Source of the DNA: an uncultured bacterium
Lineage (GTDB): Bacteria; Edwardsbacteria; AC1; EtOH8
DNA length: 64,000 bases
Reading direction: 5' to 3'
Assembly: GCA_963780225.1 (NCBI GenBank)
Contig: CAWAAX010000027.1
Span: forward strand, 32,001-96,000
Of this stretch, positions 63,567 to 64,000 are shown piece by piece. The notes under the pieces were generated by a model. The model saw nothing but the letters and a program-made list of their open reading frames with translations, was not told where the DNA came from and searched no databases. Each line of letters starts with the position of its first letter. Positions within the stretch are counted from its first letter, which is position 1. The position numbers and the translations under genes are program-made.

Positions 63567-64000
63567 TTACATCTCCTGGCGGCCTTCCAGCGCCCGGCTC
63601 AGGGTCACTTCGTCCGAGAACTCCAGATCGCTGCCCACCGGCAAACCCCGAGCGATGCGGGTGATCTTTATGCCCATCGGCTTTATCAGCTTCATCAGGT
63701 AAAGCGCGGTGGCCTCGCCCTCGGCGTTGGGGTTGGTGGCCATGATGATCTCCTTGACGTCGGTCTTCTCCAGTCGCTCCATCAGCTCCCGCACCCGCAG
63801 GTCGTCCGGGCCGATGCCGTCCAGCGGAGAGAGGTGTCCCTGCAGCACGTGGTACCGGCCCTTAAAATCGGCGGTCCTTTCCAGGGCCAGCAGGTCGTTG
63901 ACCTCCTCCACCACGCAGAAGATCGAGTCGTCCCGGCCGGCATCCCGGCACAGGTCGCACAGGTCCTGCTCCGAGGCATTGAAGCACTGCTGGCAGAACC
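63567..64000 (-). CDS. recR: Recombination mediator RecR (5' end outside window)
   Basis: CQQC...CDLC zinc finger, YHVLQG.LSPLDGIGP, EGEATA, TRIARGLPVG. Confidence 0.97.
   Translation of the reverse strand, partial: FCQQCFNASEQDLCDLCRDAGRDDSIFCVVEEVNDLLALERTADFKGRYHVLQGHLSPLDGIGPDDLRVRELMERLEKTDVKEIIMATNPNAEGEATALYLMKLIKPMGIKITRIARGLPVGSDLEFSDEVTLSRALEGRQEM

Overview
A GC-rich bacterial chromosome segment, mostly housekeeping genes on the minus strand. GT9 LPS-type transferases, a TonB domain and lipoproteins suggest a diderm; pyruvate:ferredoxin oxidoreductase, hydrogenase maturation genes and PPDK suggest an anaerobe. The taxon cannot be fixed from sequence alone. Genes include lon/hsp20, xerC, a frameshifted rlmN, an amidase, tilS-hpt-ftsH-folE-folP-cdaA, murJ, mglBA, porCDAB, tldD, pyrKD/pyrFE, ppdK, aspS/hisS, split hypAB and hypFCDE clusters, two GT9 genes and recR. 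No rRNA, tRNA or CRISPR array was seen. The unusual content is a dense, layered set of small non-coding elements. (1) Three copies of a 324-393 bp MITE-like element with ~26-bp terminal inverted repeats, target duplications, an inward sigma70-like promoter and a conserved multi-stem core. (2) REP-like palindromes that nest inside each other and sit in frame inside aspS, hypF and ppdK. (3) 7-, 8- and 9-nt periodic inverted-repeat elements: one family ends 6 nt after a stop codon in all three copies, and one pair of arms encloses a four-helix-bundle gene inside the hyp operon. (4) A solo Y1/HUH transposase flanked by inverted triple hairpins. There is also a peptide-binding lipoprotein fused to a TonB C-terminal domain.
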